DNA from: Leptospira sp.
Lineage (GTDB): Bacteria; Spirochaetota; Leptospiria; Leptospirales; Leptospiraceae
NCBI GenBank assembly: GCA_034439575.1
Contig: JAWXAQ010000007.1
Coordinates: 128,001-192,000 of the forward strand
Length of the DNA: 64,000 nucleotides
Direction: 5' to 3'
Made by a program: the position numbers and the translations under genes. Under the pieces are notes generated by a model. It did no database searches. It was not told the DNA's origin and saw nothing but the letters and a program-made list of their open reading frames with translations. Positions within the stretch are counted from its first letter, which is position 1. Every line of letters begins with the position of its first letter. This document shows positions 51,355-61,718 of the stretch, in pieces.

Positions 51355-51915
51355 TTATATACGTTTCTCACAAAAAGTTTTTAGCAATGTTTTACCATGT
51401 TCTGTTAAAATTGATTCGGGGTGAAATTGGATTCCATAAACATGTGGATCCGACTTTGACTCGATACCCATAATTAATCCATCCTTGGTCCTTGCTGTCA
51501 CTTCCAATTCCGATGGAAATTGGTCTGGAGAAACTACCCAGGAATGGTATCTATTGGCTAAGAATTGATTAGGAACCGAATGAAACACACCTTGATTTTT
51601 ATGAATTATTTCTGAGACTCGGCCATGAAATATATCTGGTGTTTTTTCCAATTTTGCACCGTAGTATTCTGCAATGGCTTGGTGTCCTAAACAAACACCT
51701 AACACGGGAATTTTTCCGATTATTTTTTGAAGATAAGACATGAGTAACCCAGAAGTTTTTGGAAGCCCAGGTCCAGGAGAAATAACAACGGAAGAAAGTA
51801 GTGCCAGATCAGGAAGTTCTTCGTTATTTTTGATTACTTTTACCTGATCCCATTCCATCAAATATTGGAAAAGAATATAGGTAAAAGAATCAAAGTTATC
51901 TATAAGTAAAATCAC
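51355..51915 (-). CDS. Anthranilate/aminodeoxychorismate synthase glutamine amidotransferase subunit (TrpG/PabA)
   Basis: IDNFDSFT, SPGPGLP, GVCLGHQ, RYHS, QFHPES. Confidence 0.93.
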   Translation of the reverse strand: MILLIDNFDSFTYILFQYLMEWDQVKVIKNNEELPDLALLSSVVISPGPGLPKTSGLLMSYLQKIIGKIPVLGVCLGHQAIAEYYGAKLEKTPDIFHGRVSEIIHKNQGVFHSVPNQFLANRYHSWVVSPDQFPSELEVTARTKDGLIMGIESKSDPHVYGIQFHPESILTEHGKTLLKTFCEKRI

Positions 51916-51939
51916 TTATGAGACTATAAATTAATTTCC

Positions 51940-53106
51940 TTATAAATTCGGACTTTCTATTCCGACTCCATCATTTAGAAATTTAGAAATGATCACTCTT
52001 TGGATTTGTGAAGTACCTTCGTAAATTTGGAAAATTTTAGCATCACGCATCAATTTTTCTACAGGATATTCTTCATTGAATCCGTAACCACCAAAGATTT
52101 GTACGGCGTCAGTCGCGACACGCATTGCCATATCTGCACAAAATACTTTGGCAATGGATGCTTGGTATGTATTGCGCATTTTGTTGTCAATAAGCCAAGC
52201 TGATTGCCAACATAACAATCGACCCGCTTCAATATCTCGTGCCATCTCAGCCAAAATAAAGGATACGCCTTGGTTTACAGAAATTGGTTTTCCAAATGCA
52301 TTTCTTGTGTTCGCATAACGAACGGAATGATCAAGTGCAGCTCTCGCAACACCAACGGCACCTATTGCCACAGCTGGTCTTGTTTGATCAAACGCACCCA
52401 TTGCAATTTTAAAACCCTCGCCTTCCTTTCCGATAATTTGTGATTTATGAACTTTTACGTCTTCAAAAGTCATCCCTCGTGTATCGGAACAACGTTGGCC
52501 CATATTTTTTTCTTTTTTGCCGAGAATGATTCCAGGCGTCTTCGCATCAACGATGAATCCCGTCATACCTTTGTGACCAGCTGTCGGATCGGTTTTTGCT
52601 AATACAAAAAACCAATCCGCATGACCAGCGTTAGTGATCCACATTTTGGAACCATTAATCACGTAATCATCACCAACTCTTTTTGCAACGGTTCGAATTC
52701 CTGCTACATCGGAACCAGCACCTGGTTCTGTTACAGCATAGGCCGCTAATGTAAATGTATCATTCATAGGTTGAATGAATTTTTTCATAATTTCATCACT
52801 TGCACCTAACAAAACCGGTGCTAGTGCTAGGTTATTTGCCAAAATAGCTGTAGCCATACCAGAACATGCGTAAAATAATTCTTCGGAAGAAATCAATTCA
52901 TCCAGAACCCCTAGACCTGCTCCACCATATTCAACCGGAATATGCAAATTCATAAGTCCGATTGCATGAGCTTTTTTGAGTATTTCTTTTGGAAATTCCC
53001 CTGTATGATCGTGGTGTTCTGCTTTGGGAGCTATTTCATTTTTTGCGAAATCTCGTGCAAGATCTCTAAGTGCTTTTTGTTCGTCGGTTATTGAAAAATC
53101 GATCAT
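51940..53106 (-). CDS. Acyl-CoA dehydrogenase (medium-chain, MCAD-like)
   Basis: [47 protein letters not shown]. Confidence 0.95.
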   Translation of the reverse strand: MIDFSITDEQKALRDLARDFAKNEIAPKAEHHDHTGEFPKEILKKAHAIGLMNLHIPVEYGGAGLGVLDELISSEELFYACSGMATAILANNLALAPVLLGASDEIMKKFIQPMNDTFTLAAYAVTEPGAGSDVAGIRTVAKRVGDDYVINGSKMWITNAGHADWFFVLAKTDPTAGHKGMTGFIVDAKTPGIILGKKEKNMGQRCSDTRGMTFEDVKVHKSQIIGKEGEGFKIAMGAFDQTRPAVAIGAVGVARAALDHSVRYANTRNAFGKPISVNQGVSFILAEMARDIEAGRLLCWQSAWLIDNKMRNTYQASIAKVFCADMAMRVATDAVQIFGGYGFNEEYPVEKLMRDAKIFQIYEGTSQIQRVIISKFLNDGVGIESPNL

Positions 53107-53232
53107 GACATGCCTTATTACGGTTTTTTTTACAGTACTTTGTATTTTTATCCTACCGTCAAGAAACTAGGGCTAAAAGGAAATCTGTTGAAAAATCCTA
53201 TATTTCAAAAAGAATAGTTATGGGAGCAAACT

Positions 53233-53976
53233 ATGTCAGGACATTCGAAATGGGCTACGATTCGCCGTAAAAAAGGAGCTATCGATGCGAAAAGAGGAGC
53301 TATCTTCACACGCATTGCAAAGGAAATCTCGGTGGCTGCCAAAGAAAGTGGTGGAGATATTGAAGGAAACCCAAGACTTCGCCTCGCGATCACGAAAGCG
53401 AAAGCCGCCAATATGCCAAAAGACAACATTGAACGTGCTGTCAAAAAAGGTACAGGTGGTCTCGAAGGCATGGTTTATGAAGAGTGCCTCTACGAATGTT
53501 ATGCTCCTGGTGGAGTTGCTATTATGGTCGATGTGCTTACAGATAAAAAATCACGAACGACTCCCGAAATAAAAAGTATCTTAACAAAACTTGGTGGTTC
53601 CTTGGCAAACCCTGGCGCTGTTTCAAGATTATTCGATCGAAAAGGCCAAATTACTTTAAAGATGGATCAAATCACAGAAGAAGCTCTTTTTGATTTAGCT
53701 CTCAGTGCAGGCGCAGAAGACATTCAAGCAGGTGATGGCATCTATACAATTCTTACACCTCCTAGTGAATATGAGGCTGTGCAATCCGCATTGACCACCA
53801 AGGGTTTGTCTATGGAAGAATCCGAAATAAAATATGTCTCCATGACAATGGTTGAAGTGAACGATAAGGAAACTGCAGAAAGAATTATGAAGCTAATCGA
53901 TAATCTAGAAGCAAATGATGATGTGCAAGGCGTAAGTTCAAATTTCGAACCTGGCGAAGGAATCGAATTAGACTAA
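53233..53976 (+). CDS. yebC: YebC/PmpR-family protein
   Basis: [42 protein letters not shown]. Confidence 0.95.
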   Translation: MSGHSKWATIRRKKGAIDAKRGAIFTRIAKEISVAAKESGGDIEGNPRLRLAITKAKAANMPKDNIERAVKKGTGGLEGMVYEECLYECYAPGGVAIMVDVLTDKKSRTTPEIKSILTKLGGSLANPGAVSRLFDRKGQITLKMDQITEEALFDLALSAGAEDIQAGDGIYTILTPPSEYEAVQSALTTKGLSMEESEIKYVSMTMVEVNDKETAERIMKLIDNLEANDDVQGVSSNFEPGEGIELD

Positions 53977-53991
53977 CAAATCTTATAGAAA

Positions 53992-54027
53992 TCCCAACTG
54001 AAGTTTTTCTGTATTTCTCAGTTGGGA
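53992..54027. terminator. Hairpin between convergent yebC and GlsB-family gene
   Basis: TCCCAACTGA-N16-TCAGTTGGGA perfect 10-bp stem. Confidence 0.55.
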
Positions 54028-54034
54028 AAATGAT

Positions 54035-54286
54035 TTATCTTCGTTTCACAAGTCCAAGTACAAACACGAGCAAAATAGATCCAACCACTGCGACGACGAT
54101 TTCGGCAAGCCAGCCACCAGCATGAAAACCGACGAATCGGAAAACTACCCCACCCAAAAAAGATCCAATGACACCGATCACTAGATTGGCAATTAGACCA
54201 AATCCTTTTCCTCGCAGTATCTTCCCTGTAAGCCAGCCTGCGATGAGTCCAATGAGTAAAAATACAATAAAACTTTCTAAATTCAT
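54035..54286 (-). CDS. GlsB/YeaQ/YmgE (transglycosylase-associated) membrane protein
   Basis: IGLIAGWL..GFGLIANLVIGVIGSFLGG..AVVGSILL pattern; AAGGA SD. Confidence 0.92.
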   Translation of the reverse strand: MNLESFIVFLLIGLIAGWLTGKILRGKGFGLIANLVIGVIGSFLGGVVFRFVGFHAGGWLAEIVVAVVGSILLVFVLGLVKRR

Positions 54287-54408
54287 ACTATCCTTGTTGT
54301 CTTCTTAATTTAATTACATTAGAATATCCAGATTAGTAGACGATTTCAAACGAAATACGAAGGCAGATTTTGAAAAATCAAATATTCTCGGGTCCCTATT
54401 ATTATGGC

Positions 54409-55719
54409 ATGAAAGATTTGGATGTCTTCAAAAAAACATTCATCAATGAAAACCGTGGAAAACCATTATTTTTAATACGTTTTGAAAATATAACAAATAT
54501 TGAAGTCATAGCTTTTTTGGATCTTTTAAGAAGCGATTTTTATGCATGTCTTGATCTTGAAGATATTTCTTTTGGGTTTCATTATTTTGAAAAAAAACAA
54601 ATTCTTTTGATGGGGATCGCTCCCCTATTTGAATGGAACATTGAAAAATTTCCAAATATCGAAAATGCTGTAGGTAAGTTCCAACAAGAATGTATGCGAA
54701 CCAAAGTAGCTTCGTTTCATTTTGGTGTCTCACGAACTCAGTCAAATTTCATTTCAACCAATGATGAAATCTTTGAAGAATTATTTCGTTCATCAGAAAA
54801 AAACTTAAATGATAACTTAGTTAGGTGGAGTTGGACATATTACAACAAGGCAAATACTTATATTTCAGGTTCAATCCATGAAGCTATGATCCAGCCTACA
54901 GTTATATTTAATCCAAAATTAAAGAATTTCTCAGTGAAAGGGGGGGAAGTTTTTGTGGGTGGAGGGGCTTACGTTGGTTATAAAGATCTAATCAATGATA
55001 TACCATCCGATCAGGACTTAAACCGCATTGAACTTTTAATTTTAGAAAAACTAATCGTAGCATGTGATGGTGCCCCCGGATTATTAAAATTCAATATATC
55101 ACCTCAATCTCTTATCGATACTTTTTCGAGCAAAGAAAAAGTTGATAAGCTAAATAAACTAATCAGTAATAAAAATCTATCCACAGAAAATGTTCGTTTT
55201 GAATTGGTTGAAAAACCTTATGATGATTCTCAATTTCCTTTAAAAGATGTTTGCCAAGCTTTCTACGATCATGGTATGAGTTTCGCTGCAGATGATTTTG
55301 GCGTCAAAAGCCAATCACATCAAATCGTACTCGATCTTGGTATTATGATCAAGGAATTTAAATTGGATCCTATTAGTTTTAAATTTAAAATTGAAGAAGA
55401 TCAGATCAAATTTTTGGATAACTTAGCTTTTATAGATTATTGCAAGCGCCTAGCAGATAACAGAGAAGCTGTGATTACAGCGGAAGCCGTTGAAGACTTT
55501 GATACTTTGAGATTTTTAATGGAACACCAAATTTATCAATTTCAAGCAAATATTTTATTTGGAAAAATGTCTGTCACGGATTACAAGCGAGATTTCGAAT
55601 CATTGCATTCAATACACGAGGACGTAGTCAAAGAAGTTCTGAGTGATAAAATTTTAGCAGAAAAACAAAAGAGAGTCGGCAATGTTTTCCGCGTTGCCAT
55701 TGAAGCAGGACTCATTTAG
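54409..55719 (+). CDS. EAL-domain protein with divergent signature and degenerate N-terminal domain
   Basis: QP, GEVF (in place of EAL), FNISP, FELVE, ADDFG, KLD, AEAVE, QFQ. ATG 54409 is in frame with TTG 54370. Confidence 0.8.
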   Translation: MKDLDVFKKTFINENRGKPLFLIRFENITNIEVIAFLDLLRSDFYACLDLEDISFGFHYFEKKQILLMGIAPLFEWNIEKFPNIENAVGKFQQECMRTKVASFHFGVSRTQSNFISTNDEIFEELFRSSEKNLNDNLVRWSWTYYNKANTYISGSIHEAMIQPTVIFNPKLKNFSVKGGEVFVGGGAYVGYKDLINDIPSDQDLNRIELLILEKLIVACDGAPGLLKFNISPQSLIDTFSSKEKVDKLNKLISNKNLSTENVRFELVEKPYDDSQFPLKDVCQAFYDHGMSFAADDFGVKSQSHQIVLDLGIMIKEFKLDPISFKFKIEEDQIKFLDNLAFIDYCKRLADNREAVITAEAVEDFDTLRFLMEHQIYQFQANILFGKMSVTDYKRDFESLHSIHEDVVKEVLSDKILAEKQKRVGNVFRVAIEAGLI

Positions 55720-55733
55720 TTTAAGTTAAATAT

Positions 55734-56651
55734 ATGCATTTTATTATGGTGATCGAAAATGACCCGATAGCATCATCGGAATTAGAAACTATTTTTCAAG
55801 GTTTGAGACAGAGAGTTGTCATTACAAAATTTACACAAACTGTTAAAGAATATGTGAAGTCTTCCAATCCTGATATCATCCTCATGGGATTGACATTCAA
55901 AGACAAAAAAGAATTAGAATTTATTTTAGAACTACGAAGAGATGTGATAACACAATCTATACCTATTCTTGCTTTGATTCCAAAGGAAGACAATACTTTC
56001 AGCCAAAACATGAAACCTTTAGGATTTACAGATTTCATGGTCAAACCTTTATTTAAACAATCTTTGCTCGAAAGAATTCAGAGTTTAATAGAAGAATATA
56101 AATTTGGTGAAACAAACAAAACTAGAGACAACGTTTCTTTTGTCATAGTGGACAGAAGTCATGGTCGTGTTTTATTTCAATGTCGAGCCAATTTAAAACG
56201 ATATGTTTTTCCCGAATTCAAAAGAATTTTCACAATTAATTTTTTAAAATCGATCGTTGGAGAATACATTAGTTTTGATATTCGAGGTGTTCCTGATGTA
56301 GGCAAAGAAGAAGTAGAAGTTTTCGAAAGAGTATTGAAAATTTTTATCGGAAAGGAACGCATAGCCATTATTGCCGGCAGACATATGGGAGCTTTCATCG
56401 AACACGCGCAAGAAGAAGAAAGAATGATCGTCTTTATGGCACCTAGCGAGTTTGACGAATATCTAAAAGTAGAAGAACAAAAAAAAGAAGATCAGCGAAA
56501 AAAAGAAAAAAAAGAGAAATTTGCTCCGAGCCCAACTATTATAACAGAGGCTCCCCCAATTTCAATGAATAACAGTAGTTTGGATGAAAAATCAAATGAT
56601 ATCATTTCACCTAATCAAGATACAAATAAGGAAGATAAAACAGAAACATGA
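55734..56651 (+). CDS. Pseudo-receiver protein with STAS-like second domain
   Basis: REC fold (IEND, PDIILMG, IPILAL, KP) with the phospho-Asp replaced by Gly; ISFDIRGVPDV segment; low-complexity tail. Confidence 0.75.
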   Translation: MHFIMVIENDPIASSELETIFQGLRQRVVITKFTQTVKEYVKSSNPDIILMGLTFKDKKELEFILELRRDVITQSIPILALIPKEDNTFSQNMKPLGFTDFMVKPLFKQSLLERIQSLIEEYKFGETNKTRDNVSFVIVDRSHGRVLFQCRANLKRYVFPEFKRIFTINFLKSIVGEYISFDIRGVPDVGKEEVEVFERVLKIFIGKERIAIIAGRHMGAFIEHAQEEERMIVFMAPSEFDEYLKVEEQKKEDQRKKEKKEKFAPSPTIITEAPPISMNNSSLDEKSNDIISPNQDTNKEDKTET

Positions 56652-57430
56652 ATTTTAAACGTGAAGAAATTACAGTAAGTGGCGGAAAAGCGGAAATCAT
56701 TCATATGCAAATGAATGATCAAAATTCGCTTACTGGTTCAAATATGAAAGAATTTGGTAGCATTTTGAAAGAAATAGCAAACGACCCAGAAAAAAGAGGT
56801 GCTATCATTACCTCTGACAATGAAAAATTTTTTTGCAATGGTCTAGATGCCGAAAATCTTTTATCAGCACCAAAAGATAAACTATTAGATGAAGTCGGCG
56901 GGATAGTTTTACTTTTTGGAGAACTAATCAAATTTGATAAACCACTGATTGCAGAAGTTACTGGTCATGCTATGGGTGGAGGTGCGGTAATTACTGTTGC
57001 TTGTGATTACAAATATATGTTAGACGGTAAAGGTAGGATCGGTTTTACAGAAGTAAATGTTGGATTGCCATTGCCAGGTAGTTTTGTTGATAAAATTAAA
57101 ACATGTGTTAGTGGACGTTATTGGGCAGAAGTTTGTCTGGAAGGAAAGACTTTCAAAGGAGCGGAAGCAAAAGCAATAGGCCTAATCGATGAAATAGCAC
57201 CTTCTACAGAAGAATTGAGAAAACTTAGTTTGAAAAAAATAGATATTTTGTCTAAAATCCCTATGACAGCCTATCGTTCCACCAAAAACATGTTAAATGG
57301 TTCATTAATAGAAAAACTTGATCAATATGCCAAAGAAACAATCAAAGCATTCCAACAACCTGGTGTAACTGAAAATCTTTTAGAAGCAATGACTGCTCTT
57401 AAGGAAAAAAGAAGACCTGTTTTAAAATAG
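56648..57430 (+). CDS. Crotonase family, enoyl-CoA isomerase-like
   Basis: FFCNGLD, GHAMGGG, GFTEVNVGLP, EAKAIGLIDE; ATGA overlap with the upstream gene. Confidence 0.9.
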   Translation: MNFKREEITVSGGKAEIIHMQMNDQNSLTGSNMKEFGSILKEIANDPEKRGAIITSDNEKFFCNGLDAENLLSAPKDKLLDEVGGIVLLFGELIKFDKPLIAEVTGHAMGGGAVITVACDYKYMLDGKGRIGFTEVNVGLPLPGSFVDKIKTCVSGRYWAEVCLEGKTFKGAEAKAIGLIDEIAPSTEELRKLSLKKIDILSKIPMTAYRSTKNMLNGSLIEKLDQYAKETIKAFQQPGVTENLLEAMTALKEKRRPVLK

Positions 57431-57433
57431 AAA

Positions 57434-57502
57434 TAGATTTGGAATATGATTGGTAAGGATTTATAGATATCACATTGGGTATAAATCCTAATTCCGAATC
57501 TA
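57434..57502. other. Long two-stem intergenic hairpin
   Basis: Outer TAGATTTGGAAT/ATTCCGAATCTA (12 bp, one G-U pair); inner AGGATTTATA/TATAAATCCT (10 bp, perfect). Confidence 0.55.
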
Positions 57503-57586
57503 CCGATTGCACTTTCTTTTAAAGAACGAGAAGAGTAATCTCGAATAGTCTTGCATAAAGAATAGCCGAAATAATTCTGAAAATGA

Positions 57587-59524
57587 ATGTCTCGGCTTTT
57601 GATATTTTTCATTTCTGCTATTTTTCTTTTTACATTTCAATTAAAGGCAAGCGACTTTCCCCCAGGATTCGTTCTTAATGAGCCATACACTTGGCCTGTG
57701 AAGGGAATGAATCAAATCACAGGCACATTCGGAGAATTTAGAACGGGACATTTCCATATGGGCCAAGATTTTTCTACATCGGGTAGAATTGGAATACCCA
57801 TACTTGCGGTAGCTAATGGCAAAGTAACTCGCGTTCAGCGAAGATGGAGTTCCATTGGTTATGCAGTCTTTGTTCAACATGATGATGGTATGACATCAAG
57901 ATATGGACATCTTCATAAATTTGCACCAAAGGTGGTAAAACAAATCTTAAAATCAAAACAAGCAAGAAGATTTAAAGACCGCGTAGATTTCGATATAGTT
58001 TTACCAGATCCAGTTGAAGTTTCGAAAGGAGAAATGGTCGCATTGTCAGGCGATACTGGCGTAGGTCCCCCACATTTGCATTTTGAATTATTCAAAGATA
58101 ATATTTATTATAATCCTATGCACTTTGGATTGGGTTATGAGGAAGCTGAACCGATTATTTTTGATTCCTTGCGTATAACACCGGAAACAACCAGAACATT
58201 TATAAACGGAAGAAATGAACCACTAGATGTACCATTTTCTCATGTCGGAAATAATAAATATGAATTAGTAGATATTCCGAATTTAATGATTCAAGGTAAG
58301 GTGGGTCTACAAGTATCAATACATCAAAAATCAAATACAAATCGACTAGGGATTCATACTCTCGTGATGAATGTAGGACAACAAATCTTTCAAGGATTTC
58401 AATTGTCGAAAATTCTAAAAGATCATACAAGAAAAAATGTTTTGTTATATGATAGTAAAATTAGTAAACCAAATGGAAATCCATTTTCATATTTTTTACA
58501 TACCAAAGATGGCAATGATTTACTTGGGTTCTTTCGAAAAGAACGTGAACAAGGGTTAATCGATAGTGAATCTCTTAAGAATTCCGAACCAAAAGAAATT
58601 TCTATCAAAGCAACTGGTCAAGGTAAACAAGAAGCATTCGCATCTCTTTCTCTCTTTAAAGATCAAAATGATTATAGACATATTGTCACAAAAGAATTAA
58701 TTTATAATGTTTTTTATGATCGATATACAACTTTTAAATCAAAAGATACAAAAGTAGAATTGTTCTTTCCTGTCAATGCTGTGTATTCAAAAGGATATTT
58801 TGATATTGCTGCGAAAGAAGAAGTGAAAATAAAAACCAATGGATTGAATCAATTATCATCCGTTTATGAAATCGGACCTGAATTTAAAGATTTTAACTTA
58901 GGTTATGATCTATATGTGAAAGTCCCGAAAACTCACGACATCAACTCAGCTGACTTATACGAAGTTTTATCCGATGGTTCTGTGAAAAAAGTAAAGGGAT
59001 CATCCTTTAGTTCTTGGGGACAATTTTTTAAAGTTCGGTTGCGAAAAACTGGACTCTTTGTGGTCTTATCAGACCAAACGCCACCTAACATATACCTTCA
59101 CGATTCAATGACAAAATCAGTGTATCCTCGTGAAGATTTTGCGCTTCTGCTAAAGGCAAAAGATGTCGGCTCTGGAATTATGCCAGAGGGCTTTGATATA
59201 ACCGTTGATGGTCAAAGAGGAAAGGCAGAATATTTTCCAAAAGATGGTCGAGTGGAAATATTTGAACCTGAAATTTTATACCTACCAGGAAAACATAGTG
59301 TACTAGCAAGTGTTCGAGATTTTGCAGGTAACTGGAGCTCGACGGTTCGTTTTGATTATGAGATAGAAAGTCCACCAGCAGAAACAGTTGAAGTTCCAAT
59401 TAAAAATGAAATCAAAACGGAAGACCTTCCAAAAAAAGAAAATAAAACTTCAAAAGTGAAAGAGCCTAAGACGACTAAGAAAAAGTCGTCAAAGGTAAAA
59501 AAATCAAATTCTACATCCCGATAG
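57587..59524 (+). CDS. M23-family metallopeptidase, secreted
   Basis: Signal peptide; [16 protein letters not shown] (HxxxD), YGHL, GDTG, PHLHFE; Lys-rich tail. Confidence 0.93.
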   Translation: MSRLLIFFISAIFLFTFQLKASDFPPGFVLNEPYTWPVKGMNQITGTFGEFRTGHFHMGQDFSTSGRIGIPILAVANGKVTRVQRRWSSIGYAVFVQHDDGMTSRYGHLHKFAPKVVKQILKSKQARRFKDRVDFDIVLPDPVEVSKGEMVALSGDTGVGPPHLHFELFKDNIYYNPMHFGLGYEEAEPIIFDSLRITPETTRTFINGRNEPLDVPFSHVGNNKYELVDIPNLMIQGKVGLQVSIHQKSNTNRLGIHTLVMNVGQQIFQGFQLSKILKDHTRKNVLLYDSKISKPNGNPFSYFLHTKDGNDLLGFFRKEREQGLIDSESLKNSEPKEISIKATGQGKQEAFASLSLFKDQNDYRHIVTKELIYNVFYDRYTTFKSKDTKVELFFPVNAVYSKGYFDIAAKEEVKIKTNGLNQLSSVYEIGPEFKDFNLGYDLYVKVPKTHDINSADLYEVLSDGSVKKVKGSSFSSWGQFFKVRLRKTGLFVVLSDQTPPNIYLHDSMTKSVYPREDFALLLKAKDVGSGIMPEGFDITVDGQRGKAEYFPKDGRVEIFEPEILYLPGKHSVLASVRDFAGNWSSTVRFDYEIESPPAETVEVPIKNEIKTEDLPKKENKTSKVKEPKTTKKKSSKVKKSNSTSR

Positions 59525-60278
59525 CAGCACCACCATCTACGCGCAAGTAGGTGCCAGTAATATAAGAAGCATCATCGCTTAAGAAAAATTTCACAGCAGA
59601 AGCAATCTCTTCTTGTTTGCCAGGTCTCTTCAATGGAATCACAGATGCATCAGTTAATTTATCTTGAACTTCTTTGCTTAAAGTCCCAGTCATTTCTGTT
59701 TGAACGTATCCTGGACAGACAGCATTTACCAAAACATTACGGCCTGAAAATTCACGTGCAGAAACTTTTGTTAAAGCAATCACACCTGCTTTCGAAGTGG
59801 AATAATTTGCTTGGCCAGGTTGTCCCGTTAATCCAGAGACAGATGAAATATTTACAATTCTTCCAGCTGGAGCCTTTAACAAAAGTTTGCTTGCTGACTT
59901 AGTCATCAAAAAAACACCCTTGCAGTTGACATCCATTACAAAATCAAATTCTTGTTCACTCATTCTTATAAGTAGATTATCTTTTAGAACGCCTGCATTA
60001 TTCACTAGAAAATCTAATTTTCCAAATACTTCTTTTGTCTTTGTGATAGCGGCATCACAATCGTCTGGTTTTGTCACATTACATGCGATACCAATTGCCT
60101 TTACACCGTATTTCGCCTCTACTTCTTTGGCGGCTTCTTCAATCTTTTCTTGGTTTAAATCAACAAGTACTAAACTTGCACCATGTGATGCAATACGGTT
60201 GGCGATAGCTCTTCCCAATCCGATCGGAGAAGCTGCTCCTGTGACGAGTGCGATTTTACCTTCAAATTCTTTGGACAT
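59511..60278 (-). CDS. fabG: 3-oxoacyl-ACP reductase (SDR)
   Basis: [48 protein letters not shown] precedes ATG 60278; the track extension to 60353 is unlikely. Confidence 0.9.
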   Translation of the reverse strand: MSKEFEGKIALVTGAASPIGLGRAIANRIASHGASLVLVDLNQEKIEEAAKEVEAKYGVKAIGIACNVTKPDDCDAAITKTKEVFGKLDFLVNNAGVLKDNLLIRMSEQEFDFVMDVNCKGVFLMTKSASKLLLKAPAGRIVNISSVSGLTGQPGQANYSTSKAGVIALTKVSAREFSGRNVLVNAVCPGYVQTEMTGTLSKEVQDKLTDASVIPLKRPGKQEEIASAVKFFLSDDASYITGTYLRVDGGAAIGM

Positions 60279-60389
60279 ACTTTCCTCATTATATATAGAT
60301 ACTATGCAACTATGTAAGAAGTAAGAACATCGTTCGGCAACTGTAAATTTCACAGTTGAATTGAATGTTTATCATGAAACATTGCCCTT

Positions 60390-61691
60390 ATGATCGATCG
60401 ATATAGCCATCCTGAAATTTCTGCCATTTGGGAATTAGAGAACAAATTTAGAATTTGGACAGATATAGAAATATATGCCTGCGAAATAAGAACCAATAGA
60501 GGTGAAGTTCCAAAAGAAGACCTCGCTACTATCAAAGCTAATGCAAAATTCAATGTAGATGAAATTCTAGAAATAGAATCAAAAGTTCATCATGATGTAA
60601 TCGCGTATCTTACAAATTTAAATTCTTATATCGGGCCTGCGGGTAGGCATGTACATTTTGGTTTAACATCTTCTGACGTAGGAGACACTGCACTTTGTGT
60701 ACAAATGGTACAAGCTATGGATCTACTAATCAAAAGGGCTAAAGAACTACTAGATACCACCAAACAAAAAGCATTCGAATATAAAGATTTACCCTGCATA
60801 GGAAGGTCACATGGCATCCATGCAGAACCTATGACTTTAGGATTAAAGTTTGCACTTTTTTATTCAGAAATGAAACGCAATATCGATCGTATGGAAGATG
60901 CGAAAAAACAAATTGCCGTTGGAAAACTTTCGGGAGCCGTTGGAACATATTCAAATATCGATCCTGAAATTGAAGAGTATGTGTTAAATAAACTTGGACT
61001 TGAAGTGGATCCGATTGCCACACAAGTGATTTCAAGGGATCGTCATGCATTCTATTTATCAATTTTAGGTATTGTGGCTGCAAGTTTAGATCGTATGGCA
61101 ACGGAAGTTAGGTTACTTCAAAAAACCGAAGGCCGTGAAGTAGAAGAACCATTTGCGAAAGGGCAAAAAGGCAGCTCTGCTATGCCGCACAAAAGAAATC
61201 CTGTTGTTTGCGAGAGGATATCTGGTATATCACGCGTCATACGAGCCAATGTAAATGTAGGTCTACAAAACGTAGGACTTTGGCATGAAAGAGATATCTC
61301 TCACTCTTCTGCAGAAAGAATTGTTTTACCCGATTCTACCATTGCACTTGATTATATATTAGAAAAGATGAATTTTGTGATTAAAGGAATTCATGTTTAT
61401 CCTGATGCCACAGAACGAACATTAAATGTGACTCGAGGATTAATTTTTTCTCAAAAAGTATTACTTTGGCTAATTGAAAAAGGTGGTATTTCTAGAGAAG
61501 ATGCCTATTTGATTGTCCAAGACAATGCAATGGCTGTCTGGGCAGACCAAAATCAAAATCTACGAGATAGATTGAAGGCTGATCCGCGATGTTCTTCAAT
61601 ATTGAAAGAAAAAGACCTAGATGAAATTTTTCAGATTCAACCTTATCTAGATCGAATTCCTCTGATTTTCGAAAGATTGGGAATTGTGTAG
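60390..61691 (+). CDS. purB: Adenylosuccinate lyase
   Basis: MIDRY, HHDVIA, HFGLTSSD, GRSHGIHAEP, GSSAMPHKRNP, WHERDISHSS. Confidence 0.98.
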   Translation: MIDRYSHPEISAIWELENKFRIWTDIEIYACEIRTNRGEVPKEDLATIKANAKFNVDEILEIESKVHHDVIAYLTNLNSYIGPAGRHVHFGLTSSDVGDTALCVQMVQAMDLLIKRAKELLDTTKQKAFEYKDLPCIGRSHGIHAEPMTLGLKFALFYSEMKRNIDRMEDAKKQIAVGKLSGAVGTYSNIDPEIEEYVLNKLGLEVDPIATQVISRDRHAFYLSILGIVAASLDRMATEVRLLQKTEGREVEEPFAKGQKGSSAMPHKRNPVVCERISGISRVIRANVNVGLQNVGLWHERDISHSSAERIVLPDSTIALDYILEKMNFVIKGIHVYPDATERTLNVTRGLIFSQKVLLWLIEKGGISREDAYLIVQDNAMAVWADQNQNLRDRLKADPRCSSILKEKDLDEIFQIQPYLDRIPLIFERLGIV

Positions 61692-61718
61692 AGTACTTCG
61701 AATTTATTTAATTTAGAT

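Noticed and set aside
56648-57430. RpfF (DSF quorum-signal synthase)
   Set aside because: Only one of the two catalytic glutamates is present (GGGAV lacks the first Glu), which fits an isomerase.
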